A stretch of 64,000 bases of DNA from Octopus vulgaris (lineage: Eukaryota): contig OX597816.1 in assembly GCA_951406725.2 (NCBI GenBank), positions 91,016,001 through 91,080,000 on the forward strand. The letters are read 5' to 3'. Positions 26,403 through 37,019 of the stretch are shown piece by piece. Under the pieces are notes generated by a model. That model was not told the origin of the DNA. It saw only the letters and a program-made list of their open reading frames with translations, and did no database searches. Within the stretch, counting starts at the first letter, position 1, and the number at the start of each line of letters is the position of its first letter. A program made the position numbers and the translations under genes.

Positions 26403-26462
26403 ATATACTAGAGTTTTCTGCAATTTCATGTATTTCGAGGCAGTTTCAAAAAGTTCCCGGAC

Positions 26463-27357
26463 GCGAAATTTTTTTTTCACGAGAGTTCCAGATCTCAGTA
26501 ATGAACTCATGCGCATACGGCCAATCAGAACTCACCTTGACTTTGTTGTCAAGTTAACAAAGGTTGACATTCAAAATGGCGACCTCCGCGTGCCATGCGA
26601 ATCTTGTATTGTGCTCTCATTCAGATGCCAATATCATCGATACTGAACACGTACGCTGGTTAGCGGTAAGTTTGAATTACCGAAAATCTCGAGTCAGTAT
26701 GAAGGCAATTGGTGTGCAACCAACTGCAGCATCCAGGAAAAAGATGGTTGGTGGTGGCAGAAACCGCATTGGTGCTGGCAGACCGTTGAAGGATTGTTTG
26801 GAAAGTGTGATAGGAAAGGTGCCGTTCAGCTCTCAGATTATGCCTAGACACAAAGATCAACATAATATTCGTGAATTAGTTAAAAACAACCAATCTCTTG
26901 GTAAAATGCACTCTACCGAGTAAACTCAGGACGAAGAACAGTGTTGTAAGTCGACCGATCACCAAGTTATACCTGATTTTAGAAGGAGACAAGTAATTAG
27001 ATAGATTTGCATCTATACCTATTATTGGATTTTGTTAGGATTCCATATGATAAAGATGTGGATAGGAAAAATGTGGGTAGTGGAGGATGTGCTAGCATCC
27101 CTCTTCCCTTACTGCTTTACAAAGTGAACAACAACAACACAAATAACTACGCAGAGGCAGCCATGGTTGAAACAAGATCAAGAACAACAAGCATTCTTAA
27201 AATGGAAAAGAAGCATGGTCATTCCTTACCCAAGTGACCTTATCTTATCGCCCATCACTTATGCACTCATAAATTAGTTTGATAGTTGAGCTCTGATTAG
27301 CTGTATGCAAATAAGTTCATTACGGGTTCGGAACTTTCGTGGAGAAAAAAATTTTAC
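26463..27357 (+). mobile_element. Non-autonomous Mutator-like element (long TIRs, 9-bp TSD) inserted in a mariner-type end
   Basis: About 80-bp imperfect TIRs beginning with G; flanks TTCCCGGAC (26454-26462) and TTCCCGGAA (27358-27366). Internal ORF has VQPTAASRKK...GAGRP...HNIRELVKNNQSLGKMH. Confidence 0.65.
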
Positions 27358-27519
27358 TTCCCGGAATAGTTCTGTAGCACGTTAACACATGGAAGCACAC
27401 GGTTGCGTGCGCAGTGGGAGCTAGCAGTGACCTTCATGAAGCAGTGTGCTGAGCGACATTGTTGTGCTTACTTCGCAAGTTGTGAAATTTGTGTTTTTGT
27501 AATTGCGTGTATGCTGTAT

Positions 27520-27900
27520 TATGTCAGATCGCTCTTGAGTGCAACTGGTAACATGCAACCCAGTACAACCTGTGGCATGGTCAGGTCGTTGGCGACTAAA
27601 CTGGCAACTCCCGTCAAGCTTGCCTGGTGAGGAGGGTGATTGTTGGACACCCTGCGGGACGAAAAATAAGACTCGTCACAGGGGCGGAAGAACTAGTAAA
27701 CGGCCAATTCTACAAGTACCGTGTCGCGGTGAAGTACCTGTGTGCTCCACTGACCCGGAGAGCTATGCTGGAGGGAGAAAAATCTTCAGGCGGGTGTTAC
27801 CAGGCTAAACAGGTCGAGGGGTAGGAGACAGACAAAACCTTAACGACAATAAATCGAAGAGTCGGCAGCAGGGCGTGGACTTAGTTATCGGCAGGTATTA
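27520..27900 (+). mobile_element. RTE-like 5' leader/UTR fragment
   Basis: First ~185 bp is homologous to 52917-53110; followed by GTCGCGGTGAAG...GAGCTATGCTGG...ACAGGTCGAGGGGTAGG, resembling RTE-clade 5' UTRs. Confidence 0.55.
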
Positions 27901-28120
27901 ACAGATCAAATTCCTGGCTTTGAACTAGCGGGATGTCATGCAGAGGATCTTGAATATAGACAATGGATGAGATCCTAATATTCCTGGTTAGATAGAAATT
28001 GCAGGATCACATAGAGCAGCGCCCTGTGACTCCTATAGTATGCACAACCGAAACCCCTATAAAGAGGCATCCTATGGGGCGACCTAGATGAGAAGAGAGA
28101 GATCTATATCAGTGGAGGCA

Positions 28121-28280
28121 AACGAAGCTGCAAGTGTTACATCAGTGTTTTCCTTCTAGAAACGAAGCCGCAAGTGTTACATCAGTGTTTTCCTTCTAGA
28201 AACGAAGCCGCAAGTGTTACATCAGTGTTTTCCTTCTAGAAACGAAGCCGCAAGTGTTACATCAGAGTTTTCCTTCTAGA
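28121..28280. repeat. Tandem repeat, 4 x 40 bp
   Basis: AACGAAGCCGCAAGTGTTACATCAGTGTTTTCCTTCTAGA repeated at 28121, 28161, 28201 and 28241 with 2 substitutions in total. Confidence 0.95.
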
Positions 28281-28819
28281 AAGACGTGTAAGCAAAGACT
28301 AGGGGTCGTTCACTCCCAGCTGTTGGATGGCCGTTGTTTCTCCTGAGGTCATCCGTTGTTTGATAATTATAACTTCGTTCACCAAGGTGTCAAATGAAAG
28401 CCATCCACCTTAGCAAAAAAGCTTGGTAGGTTTGTCGGTTTAGTTACTAATGGCTCGATTATGCGACAGGTTGTACTGAGTAAACAGGTTACCAGTAGCA
28501 TTAAGAATGAACATACATACATACATACATATAAGCATTGACTCTTTTACTTCAGTCATTGATCTACTGGCGCAGTGCTCTGACGGATATAGTCGAATAA
28601 ATCGATGCCAGTATTTGTTTTTAAGTGTGGTATTTATTTTATCGAATTCTTTTTTTCGAACCGCTAAGATACAAGAACGTAAACAAATCAATATCGGTTG
28701 TGAACTGTTGATGGGCGATCACAAATATACACAAAAGAAAGAAGTCAAGACAGGAGGGAACACGTTTTAAAAATCTTGCATTACTTTAATTCTTAAAAGG
28801 AATGAAGAGACTTACGTGG

Positions 28820-31294
28820 AAAGATATTTTCTAAACTGAATCTCTCTGACGCGTACCTATAAATTACAGTAGACGATGAATGTTCGAAATACCTAACAGC
28901 GAAGACACATAAATGACTATATAAGTGCAGCAGGTTACCATTTGGTTTAAAAGTCGCACCAGCGATTTTTCAACAGATTATGGATGCAATGTTAGCGGAC
29001 TGTGAATTTACAATTCCATATCTGGATGATATACTCATTAAAAGTGAATACATGGATCAACACATTGAGCACGTAAAATATGTATCTGAAAAAATAAGGA
29101 ATATGGCTTTACCTTGAGTGAAGAAAAGTGTGAATTTTTCTTACCGGAAACAAGATATTTATGACAAATCATTGACAGAAATGGACGACGACCTGACCCG
29201 CCGAGGGAAGAGGCAAGTAAAAATATACCCCATCCGACTAATATAGCGACCATACAAGCAATTTTAAGACTGGAAAATTATTACCAAAATTATATCCTAA
29301 ATATGCATAAGGTTAGGGCTTCACTGAATAATTTGCTGAAAAAAGATATGAAATGGAATTGGTCAGAAAATTGCCAAAAGGTGTTTGACGAAATTAAAAA
29401 AAAATATTAATATCTGATTTGTCGTTTGCTCACTTCGATCCTGCAGCAGAGATTGTTGTAGCTTCAAACGCTTTTGGGTACGGTATAAAAGAAGTAATGC
29501 TACATAAATATTAAGATGGTAACATGAAGGCGGTGGTTCATGACTGATGTTCTCTGATATAAGCAGAGAAAAATTATAGTAAAATTGAAAAAGAAGCTCT
29601 AGTAATCATTTTTGCTGTGAAATTTTTTCACAGACTTCTGCACGGTAGAAGTTTCCGGCTACAGACTGATCACCGGCCGTTAATGTCGATATTTGTGTTG
29701 GAAAAAGGAATTCCTACCTATACTGCTAATAGATTACAACGCTGGGGTACGATATTATGAAACTACGATTTCAAGATGGAGTATATATCATCCAATAATT
29801 TAGGCCATGCGGATTGTCTATCAAGACCGATTAAAAAAAACACGGAAGCATATGAAGATACTGCGATTGCCGCTTTACGAGCGGAATATGAAATTTAAAA
29901 TGTTTTGTGTATCGTCATCCGTGAACTGCCAGTTACGTTACCGGAAGTAAAATCATAATCGGAGAACGATAAATTTATTATAAAAATGTAAGAAAGATTG
30001 AAGGTTAAAGAAAATAAAAATATACGCAACACAAATGCGAACCATTTCTCACTGTGTGGCAATATATTAATGTCTGCACAAAGAGTCGTATTGCCAGCCG
30101 CACTACAAAAGCGTTTATTAAAGGAATTTCACATTGGTCATCCAGGGATTTCGAGAATGAAATCTCTAATGAGAAGTAACGTGTATTGGCCTACAATGGA
30201 TCATGACATTGAAGATTCAGTGAAATCCTACAGAGGCTGTGCCCTTGCAGTCAAGTCACCACCGGTAAAATTCCAATTGCCGCCTAAAACCGACAGTCCA
30301 TGGACTAGGCTCCATGTAGATTCTGTTGGATCAGTAAATGGCGCGTATTACCTGACTGTAGTAGATAGTCATACTAAGTGGTTGGAAATATGTATATGTA
30401 GGAAACCAGCCTCTACGGTAACAATAGAATTTCTTCATGAACTCCTTGCAAGATGTGGTGTCTCGAACACCTTAGTATCCGATAACGGTACGCAGGTTTA
30501 CGGCGCGTGAGTTAAAAAATTTTTTGCAAAATGTACGCAATTGAACACATCTCTACTCCATCATATCACACAGAATCAAACGGGCAAGGGGAACGTGGAT
30601 ACATTCAAAAGAGCATTAAAGAATTCTTGAGGGCTTATAGGATAACAGCAAACTCATATACTTGATCAGGCAAATCGCCTGCGGAACTAATGTTTGCTCG
30701 AAAAATAAAGTCAAATTTTGTTACTAATAGGAAAAACAAATAGGGAAAACACTAATAATATAACAAAGTATTTTAATATCGGTGACAAGGTATTTTTCAA
30801 AATATATAAAAATGGAAGAGAAGGTTGGAAAAGCGGAGTAGTAACAAAACGAATTGGCAAAATGATGTATATGATAAGTGGCGAAAAATGGGAACACAAA
30901 AGATATTTAAACCAGTTAAAAAATAGATATACAGAAACAAGAAAAGAGATACCCATGGAAGTGCTCTATAATACCTTTGATGTTCCAACGCCACAAGAAG
31001 TCGAACCTAGGCGTAGCACCACAAGAAAGGAAACAAACAGAATAAATACTAAACTTCCCCAGGAAGTAAATCTCAAAGGAAGAGATGTTGCGGTGAGAGT
31101 CATTGACACCCCCGTCTGTGGGATTGGAAGAATGGACTAGTCGAACTCTTATAAAGAGTAGCGTATTGGTTGAGACGGGGAAGTCGTTGAGAGTTTGCAT
31201 TTATTGGAGTATCGTGTTTAGTGGAGTAATTTGAAGTATGTCGTGTGAAGACAGTTGTGTCTACCCCCGCTTCGAGAAATCTGTATATCCAACG
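28820..31294 (+). mobile_element. Decayed Gypsy LTR retrotransposon (RT-RNaseH-integrase) with 3' LTR
   Basis: Degenerate frames: RLPFGLKVAPAIFQQIMD, PYLDDILI, NYSKIEKEAL, LQTDHRPL, HIGHPGISRMKSLMRSNVYWP, LVSDNGTQ. Purine tract AAAGGAAGAGA then LTR TGTTG (31086)...CAACG (31294). Confidence 0.9.
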
Positions 31295-31299
31295 TATAG

Positions 31300-32975
31300 A
31301 ATGCGATAAAAGTAATACAATTAACAATTATAGAGCAATCACTTGCTTACCATTGGTGTGCAAGCTGTTATCAGGAATGCCTTCAGAAAACACTTACGTG
31401 CACCTTGACAGGCAGAATTTATTGTCAGAACAGAAAGGTTGCAGGAAGAAAGCTAGAGGAACGCATGGTCATAGACATAGAAATCTAGACAAACGCATGA
31501 TCATAGACATAGAGAAAGCAGTTCTAGATGAAGTAAAATCTAGAAAGGAAAATTTAACAATAACATGGTTAGATTATAAAAAAAGCCTATGACGTGATCC
31601 CACACTCATGGATAAGTGAATGTTTGAGTATATTCAATATTGCAGACAACATATGAGAATTAACTAGCGTTAGCATGAAGAAATGGAAAGAAGATTTCTA
31701 ATCAGGTGACGCAGCATCAGGGAAAGTTAATACCAAGAGAAGAATTTTTCAAGGAAACTTGTTATCCCGTTTAATATTTGTCTTATGTTTAATCCCTCTC
31801 AGTTTAGTATCAAGAAAGCTAAAGACAGGGTATCAGTTCAGAAATAGTAAGGGAAAAATTAATCATTTGCTCTACATGGATGATCTGAAGCTTTTTGGTA
31901 AGAATGAAAACAAGATAGATTCCTTAATACAAACTGTAAGAGTCTTCAGCAAAGATATAGACATAGAATTTGGAATAGATAAGTGTGCAATATTAGTCAT
32001 GAAAAAGGGACAGATAATCAAAAGTGAAGGCATCCTACTACCATATGGCCTGATATTAAAATCACTGAGAGAAGGAGAGAGTATCTAGGTGTATTAGAAT
32101 TTGATAGAAATAGAAATGAAAGCAAAAACTGAGAAGGATGAGGGAGCTAATGAAGTGAAAGCTAAATGGTCCGAATCTTGTGAAGGCTGTATATACTTGG
32201 GCAGTGTCGTTATTTAGATACTCAGCAGCTTTTCTAGAGTGGACAAAATCTGAATTAGCAAAGCTAGACAGAAGAACTTGGAAGGAATTCAATATAAATG
32301 GAAGACTCCATCCAAGGGCAGGCGAAGCAAGATTATACTTACTTAGAAAGGAAGGTGGAAGAGGGCTATTATCAGTAGAAGATTGCGTGGAGTTAGCTAG
32401 AGTAGATACAGACTCCTATGTAGGTAATAGTAAAGAAAGTTTATTAAAGCAGGACGTGGGGAGACCAAAAGCCAAAACCAGAATAAAGAAGCAAGATTAT
32501 CTGACTGGCAAGAGAAGGCTTTGCATGGTAAATTCCCAAAGATAGTTGCAGCAAATATTAATGAGACATGGTTATGATTGCTGAAAGGAAGGTTGAAAAG
32601 GGGGACAGAAAGTTTGTTAATAGCAGCACAAGATCATGCATTAAGAACTAATTGAATAAAAGCCACGATAGGCAAAAACCAAGTAGATTTCCAGTGTACG
32701 TGAATGTAGCATGTTGGCACAGAAATAATACAAGAAAAGATATGACAATATAGGGAGAGTGATCCATTGGGATTTATGTAGAAAGCTAGGATTTGACAAT
32801 ACTGATAAATAGTATGAACATGAACCTAGTAAAGTACTAGAAAGTAAGAAATATAAGATATTGTGGGACTTTAACATTCAGAAGGATAGAGTAATAAAGC
32901 TAGAAGGCCTGACAAAAAGAGCAGAAAGTGTCTGAAATGTACCTGTAGTTATAGGTGCATTAGGTTCTAGGCATC
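31300..32975 (+). mobile_element. Decayed R4/Dong-like RLE non-LTR retrotransposon
   Basis: NYRAITCLP, EQKGCRK, WLDYKK, INHLLYMDDLKLF, EFGIDKCA, RLYLLRKEGGRGL, TESLLIAAQD, ILWDFNIQ and PVVIGALG motifs in order, with many stops. Confidence 0.85.
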
Positions 32976-35148
32976 TAAAATTACTTGTAGCCCGATGTTA
33001 GGAATTTTTCTTTTTTTCTTTCAGCGTATATGAAATTATGATATCAATAATGATAATGGTTTCAAATTTTGCCACTAGAGCAACATGAAAAGCAAAGTTG
33101 ATCTCAGAACGTAAAGAATTGGAAGCAATGTTGTGAATCCTTTTATCCCATGCGCTAACGAGTCAACCAGTTTGCTGTTTAAAACAAATAACAACAGTAC
33201 CGAAAAAGAGTAACCAGTGAGTTAAGGTATGCGTTCAAGAAGAGTGAGAAAAGCAAAAATAGAATAAAATAATTTACAATAAAATATATGAATAAAACAT
33301 AGAAAATATATGATACTTGTAAATAGTCCGTGGAGGTTGCATAACTGTTGCAAAATCTGAGTATTTAGAAAGCAAGTTAGAGGGTTTAAAATAAAGAAGA
33401 AAGAAAAAGTACATATTTATAATTGGAGAATGTCCTAAGCGCCTAAAGATGGTAAAATAGAGAAATCCAGTGCAAATTCCATAAGTAAATTTTACTGACG
33501 AAAATTATATTATACCGCTGTATTATGTAACGGTTACAAAGTTCGGAAAAAATGATAAAGGAAAGTAAACAAAGGTTTGTGGGGTTAGAACGAAGAGAAA
33601 AAATTAGAAGCAAAGAGTGTTTTTAAAGCCATATTTACACCGTTGGGTAACGTGATAAAATCCAGAGATAATTTATGCAGTGGATAATCAACCGGAGAAC
33701 GTGGAGTCGGAAAGAATGAAAGAAACATGATAGGGAGCGGATAAAAGAAAATACTTTGTTAAGAAAGCGAAGCGGAGAAGTGGTAATAGGATGAGAAGAG
33801 TAAAAAGTGCTCGCGCGTGTATGTAAGTGTATGTATGTTAGTGAGCTTGTTCGTGCGTACGTGTGTTAGTGAGCTAAGTGTCGGTGACAGAGAAAGTGTC
33901 GAATGCAGTAGTCAAGTAAAACGTGAAAGTGTTAAATACATTTGTCAAGCGAGGCGGGAGTGTCGTGACAGGAGAAAAGTATGTGTGCAACTCTATGTAT
34001 GTGTGAGGGTTAGTGTGCATTCTAGCACAGGAGAAGAGAAAATATATACCCGGCGTTGCTCGTGTTACATACAATTGAAGAATTAGACTTTTCTGTTATG
34101 TTATATTTTCTGTAATGAACTGGAATATCTATGTTTCGAATTTCATAAAAATTGCAGATGAGGGTTATTTCCCTCTTTACACACCCTAGAAAATTGTAAT
34201 CGTGCCACACATATCCCATACTACTGGTTTTTATGCGCATATTCCAAAATTCCAGTCATATTGAACCTGTTAAAAAGATTTTGCTCCTGAAAAATGAAGG
34301 TCATAGAGCTCTAAAATATGAGAGTTAAGGCCCCTGTTGGGAGTGGGCATCTTAATGTCAACCAGAGAAGTTGAATTGTTGAGAATCTTTTTACCTTGGG
34401 TCTTATATCTATTGTTTGAATTTCTTTGAAATAGGAAATATATGTTCACTGGGTTTGTAAAAGAGAGCAAAGCTACAGGAAACCAAAAGACGAATGATCA
34501 CAATAAGCAGTCAGTTACCCTACCCTAGTCGTTTTCACTCCCAATGTAGGATTCCTCACCATCCAGGTGACAGGCACAGCCGTAAGATGCATTACAAATC
34601 TATAGCAATTGGAAGGGCGTGACCCAACTGAAATAAACATTAACAACTGTGTGACGTGAGGGCTAAGGAGAAATGAAAGTTGGAGTTTGCAAATGACCAC
34701 TATACTGATATGTAACTGGACAGAATAAATTTACAATCTATAAATGTCTTTGAATAACCAGTCACTCATCTGGGAAGGCCTTGAAATCAATGTTACCATC
34801 TGGGGACTATGTGTGACCGAGTGATAATAAAAAGACTGAAAGGAGGTCTGCAATCAAATAACTTTACTCAACACTTTGCAACTGAATCAGTGGAGGCAAA
34901 GATGCCTTTCATATACTTGACAATTTATGCACCACGTTGCAGAAATCACAATGTAAGTGTATGCAAAAGCAAACTCTTACACTGTTGTATCATTGAATTA
35001 CAAATAATGCTCGGGTAACCCTACAGCTTCCAAGAGCGCAACTGTATTCGTTTTTGTTTTGATAAAATGATAAAATTGTGGGTGTTGAGTCCCCATGGTG
35101 GGGTCTTATAACTTGTAAGAAGATGAAATTTTATAAATATTACTTCAT

Positions 35149-36633
35149 TTGTGTCTAATATCTATGGAGACTTTCGCGGGGGTTGCCGCAATGAAAAGCG
35201 ATACGTCGCTTACAGTAAGAGAAGTGTTCTTAAAAAAAGAACAGCTAAAAGATTTTGAGAAATTCGTTAAAAGGGAAGGTGACAGCGTGAAGCTGGTCCA
35301 TCCTGCTGAAGCAAAGGTGGAAAAGGAAGACAAGACAATAATTTATAGAACACAAGACGAGATCACAAGAAAGCTATCAAGAATAGCAATAGAAGAGATC
35401 GAAAAATGTCTAGACGACGTAATGAAGAAGGCAACCTTTGTGTGCAGAGGTAAGAAATATGGTACGGTGGAGGTGAGGTGCGCAACAAAAGAAGTTGCGG
35501 CCTCGCTAGCTACCACCGTACTCAGAGCCGAAAACTTCATCATGTGGCCTACTTACAAAGGGAGAAGAGGGGTATGGGTCAAAATCCCAAATATACCCCC
35601 AGAATTGAAGACAGAATGGCTGGTAACAGCCATCCTAGGGTCAGCAGAGGAAGAGATAGAAATTGGGTCGATAAAGGAGACCAACATAGTGAAATGGAAG
35701 GGATTCGGGGTAGAGATGTGGCTGACGGCCACAAACAGAGATATAGAACGGATTCCCTTCCAAATAGAAGTAGAAGATGGAAGAAACTTCAGCGTAATCG
35801 TGAAGGGGAGGAAACCTAACTGCTACTTGTGTGGGACAAGAGAACACATAAAAAAAGAATGTCCGCTATACGAATTCGTGGCGGAGTGTGAAAGAGCAGA
35901 GGAAAACAAAAAAGAGAAGGAAAAAGAACCCGAAGAAAGGAACAATACACTAAAGGAGAAAGAAAGCAAGGAAAAGGAAACAACGGTAAAAGGAAATAAC
36001 AATACACGGAAGGAAAATGAAACCAAAGGGAAGAAATTAATAGAAAAAGAACAAAAGTCACAGGGTAGAGAAGTAATAGAGAAAGAACCAAAACAAAATA
36101 AAGAGAAAGAAAAAGAAAGTAAAATAAAGGAAAGAGAAAAAACAGGAAAAAAACAAGAGAAGGAACAGAATCAAGAGAAAGGAAAGGATGTTGCACAAAA
36201 AGAAAAAGAAAAAATAGGAAAAGAACATACGACAGACAAAGAGACAAAAAGACAAGAGAAGGAAAAAGAAAAGGAAAGCAAAAAGAGAGAAAGAGAAAAA
36301 CCGAGAGAGGAAGGTAAAGAAGAAGTAGGTCCAAAAAGGAAAACTAAAGAGAACATAGGTTCAAATAGAAGGTATAAATTTTATGGAACGTTGGTTCAAT
36401 ACAGACACTGTGTGGAGATGGAGGAATTAATAAGTGAAACAGAGGGATATTCATGGGTCAGGATGGGCACGGAGTGGAGGGAAACGGGAACACTGGTCCA
36501 TGAAGACAGCGCCGATGCGTTTATCGAGGCCGCCGGTGCGAACGTGATAAGGCATGCGAAGTGCCGACTGGTAAGATACCCACGAGAGATGGAAAATTAC
36601 AACGACCTGACAAAGGTAATGGAACTGATTTAA
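35149..36633 (+). CDS. Intact Tx1/L1-type ORF1 protein (CCHC zinc knuckle, KE-rich region) of an apparently ORF1-only element
   Basis: 494-codon open frame (first ATG 35164). CYLCGTREHIKKEC knuckle; RGKKYGTVEV and YKGRR..VKIPNIPPE blocks align with the ORF1 at 37182, which precedes an EN-RT ORF2. Confidence 0.8.
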   Translation: MCLISMETFAGVAAMKSDTSLTVREVFLKKEQLKDFEKFVKREGDSVKLVHPAEAKVEKEDKTIIYRTQDEITRKLSRIAIEEIEKCLDDVMKKATFVCRGKKYGTVEVRCATKEVAASLATTVLRAENFIMWPTYKGRRGVWVKIPNIPPELKTEWLVTAILGSAEEEIEIGSIKETNIVKWKGFGVEMWLTATNRDIERIPFQIEVEDGRNFSVIVKGRKPNCYLCGTREHIKKECPLYEFVAECERAEENKKEKEKEPEERNNTLKEKESKEKETTVKGNNNTRKENETKGKKLIEKEQKSQGREVIEKEPKQNKEKEKESKIKEREKTGKKQEKEQNQEKGKDVAQKEKEKIGKEHTTDKETKRQEKEKEKESKKREREKPREEGKEEVGPKRKTKENIGSNRRYKFYGTLVQYRHCVEMEELISETEGYSWVRMGTEWRETGTLVHEDSADAFIEAAGANVIRHAKCRLVRYPREMENYNDLTKVMELI

Positions 36634-37019
36634 AATTATAGGAAGAAAAAAAAGAATTAGAAAAGACTTTTGTTAATTTCAAATGTACTTTGAAATCTTG
36701 AAAATGTATTATGAAAGCTTTATATTTGAATTTGTGGAAAACAATTTTTCGGTAAAGTATTCAATTGATAATGTATTTTAGAAATTCTCTTTTGAAATGT
36801 ATTGCGGTCGAATGTCTTGCGAAATGCTGTAAAATGTATTTAGTTATTTTTGAAAATATTGTAAAATGTAATTAAAAATGACGAAATGTAACCACCTGAT
36901 TTCGGGGATCGGGTGGGGCATTACACCACATTTATACATATTTCATATCTCATTAATTTAATTTTTTTCCCGATTGTACTGTCCTCTCTATGTTCGCCCC
37001 TTGTGGGTAGTAATAAAAT

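Noticed and set aside
28121-28280. Possible CRISPR array
   Set aside because: Direct tandem units without unique spacers, eukaryotic context, no cas genes.
35816-36356. Hydrophobic F/L/S-rich minus-strand ORFs resembling membrane proteins
   Set aside because: Antisense to the purine-rich KE coding region of ORF1.
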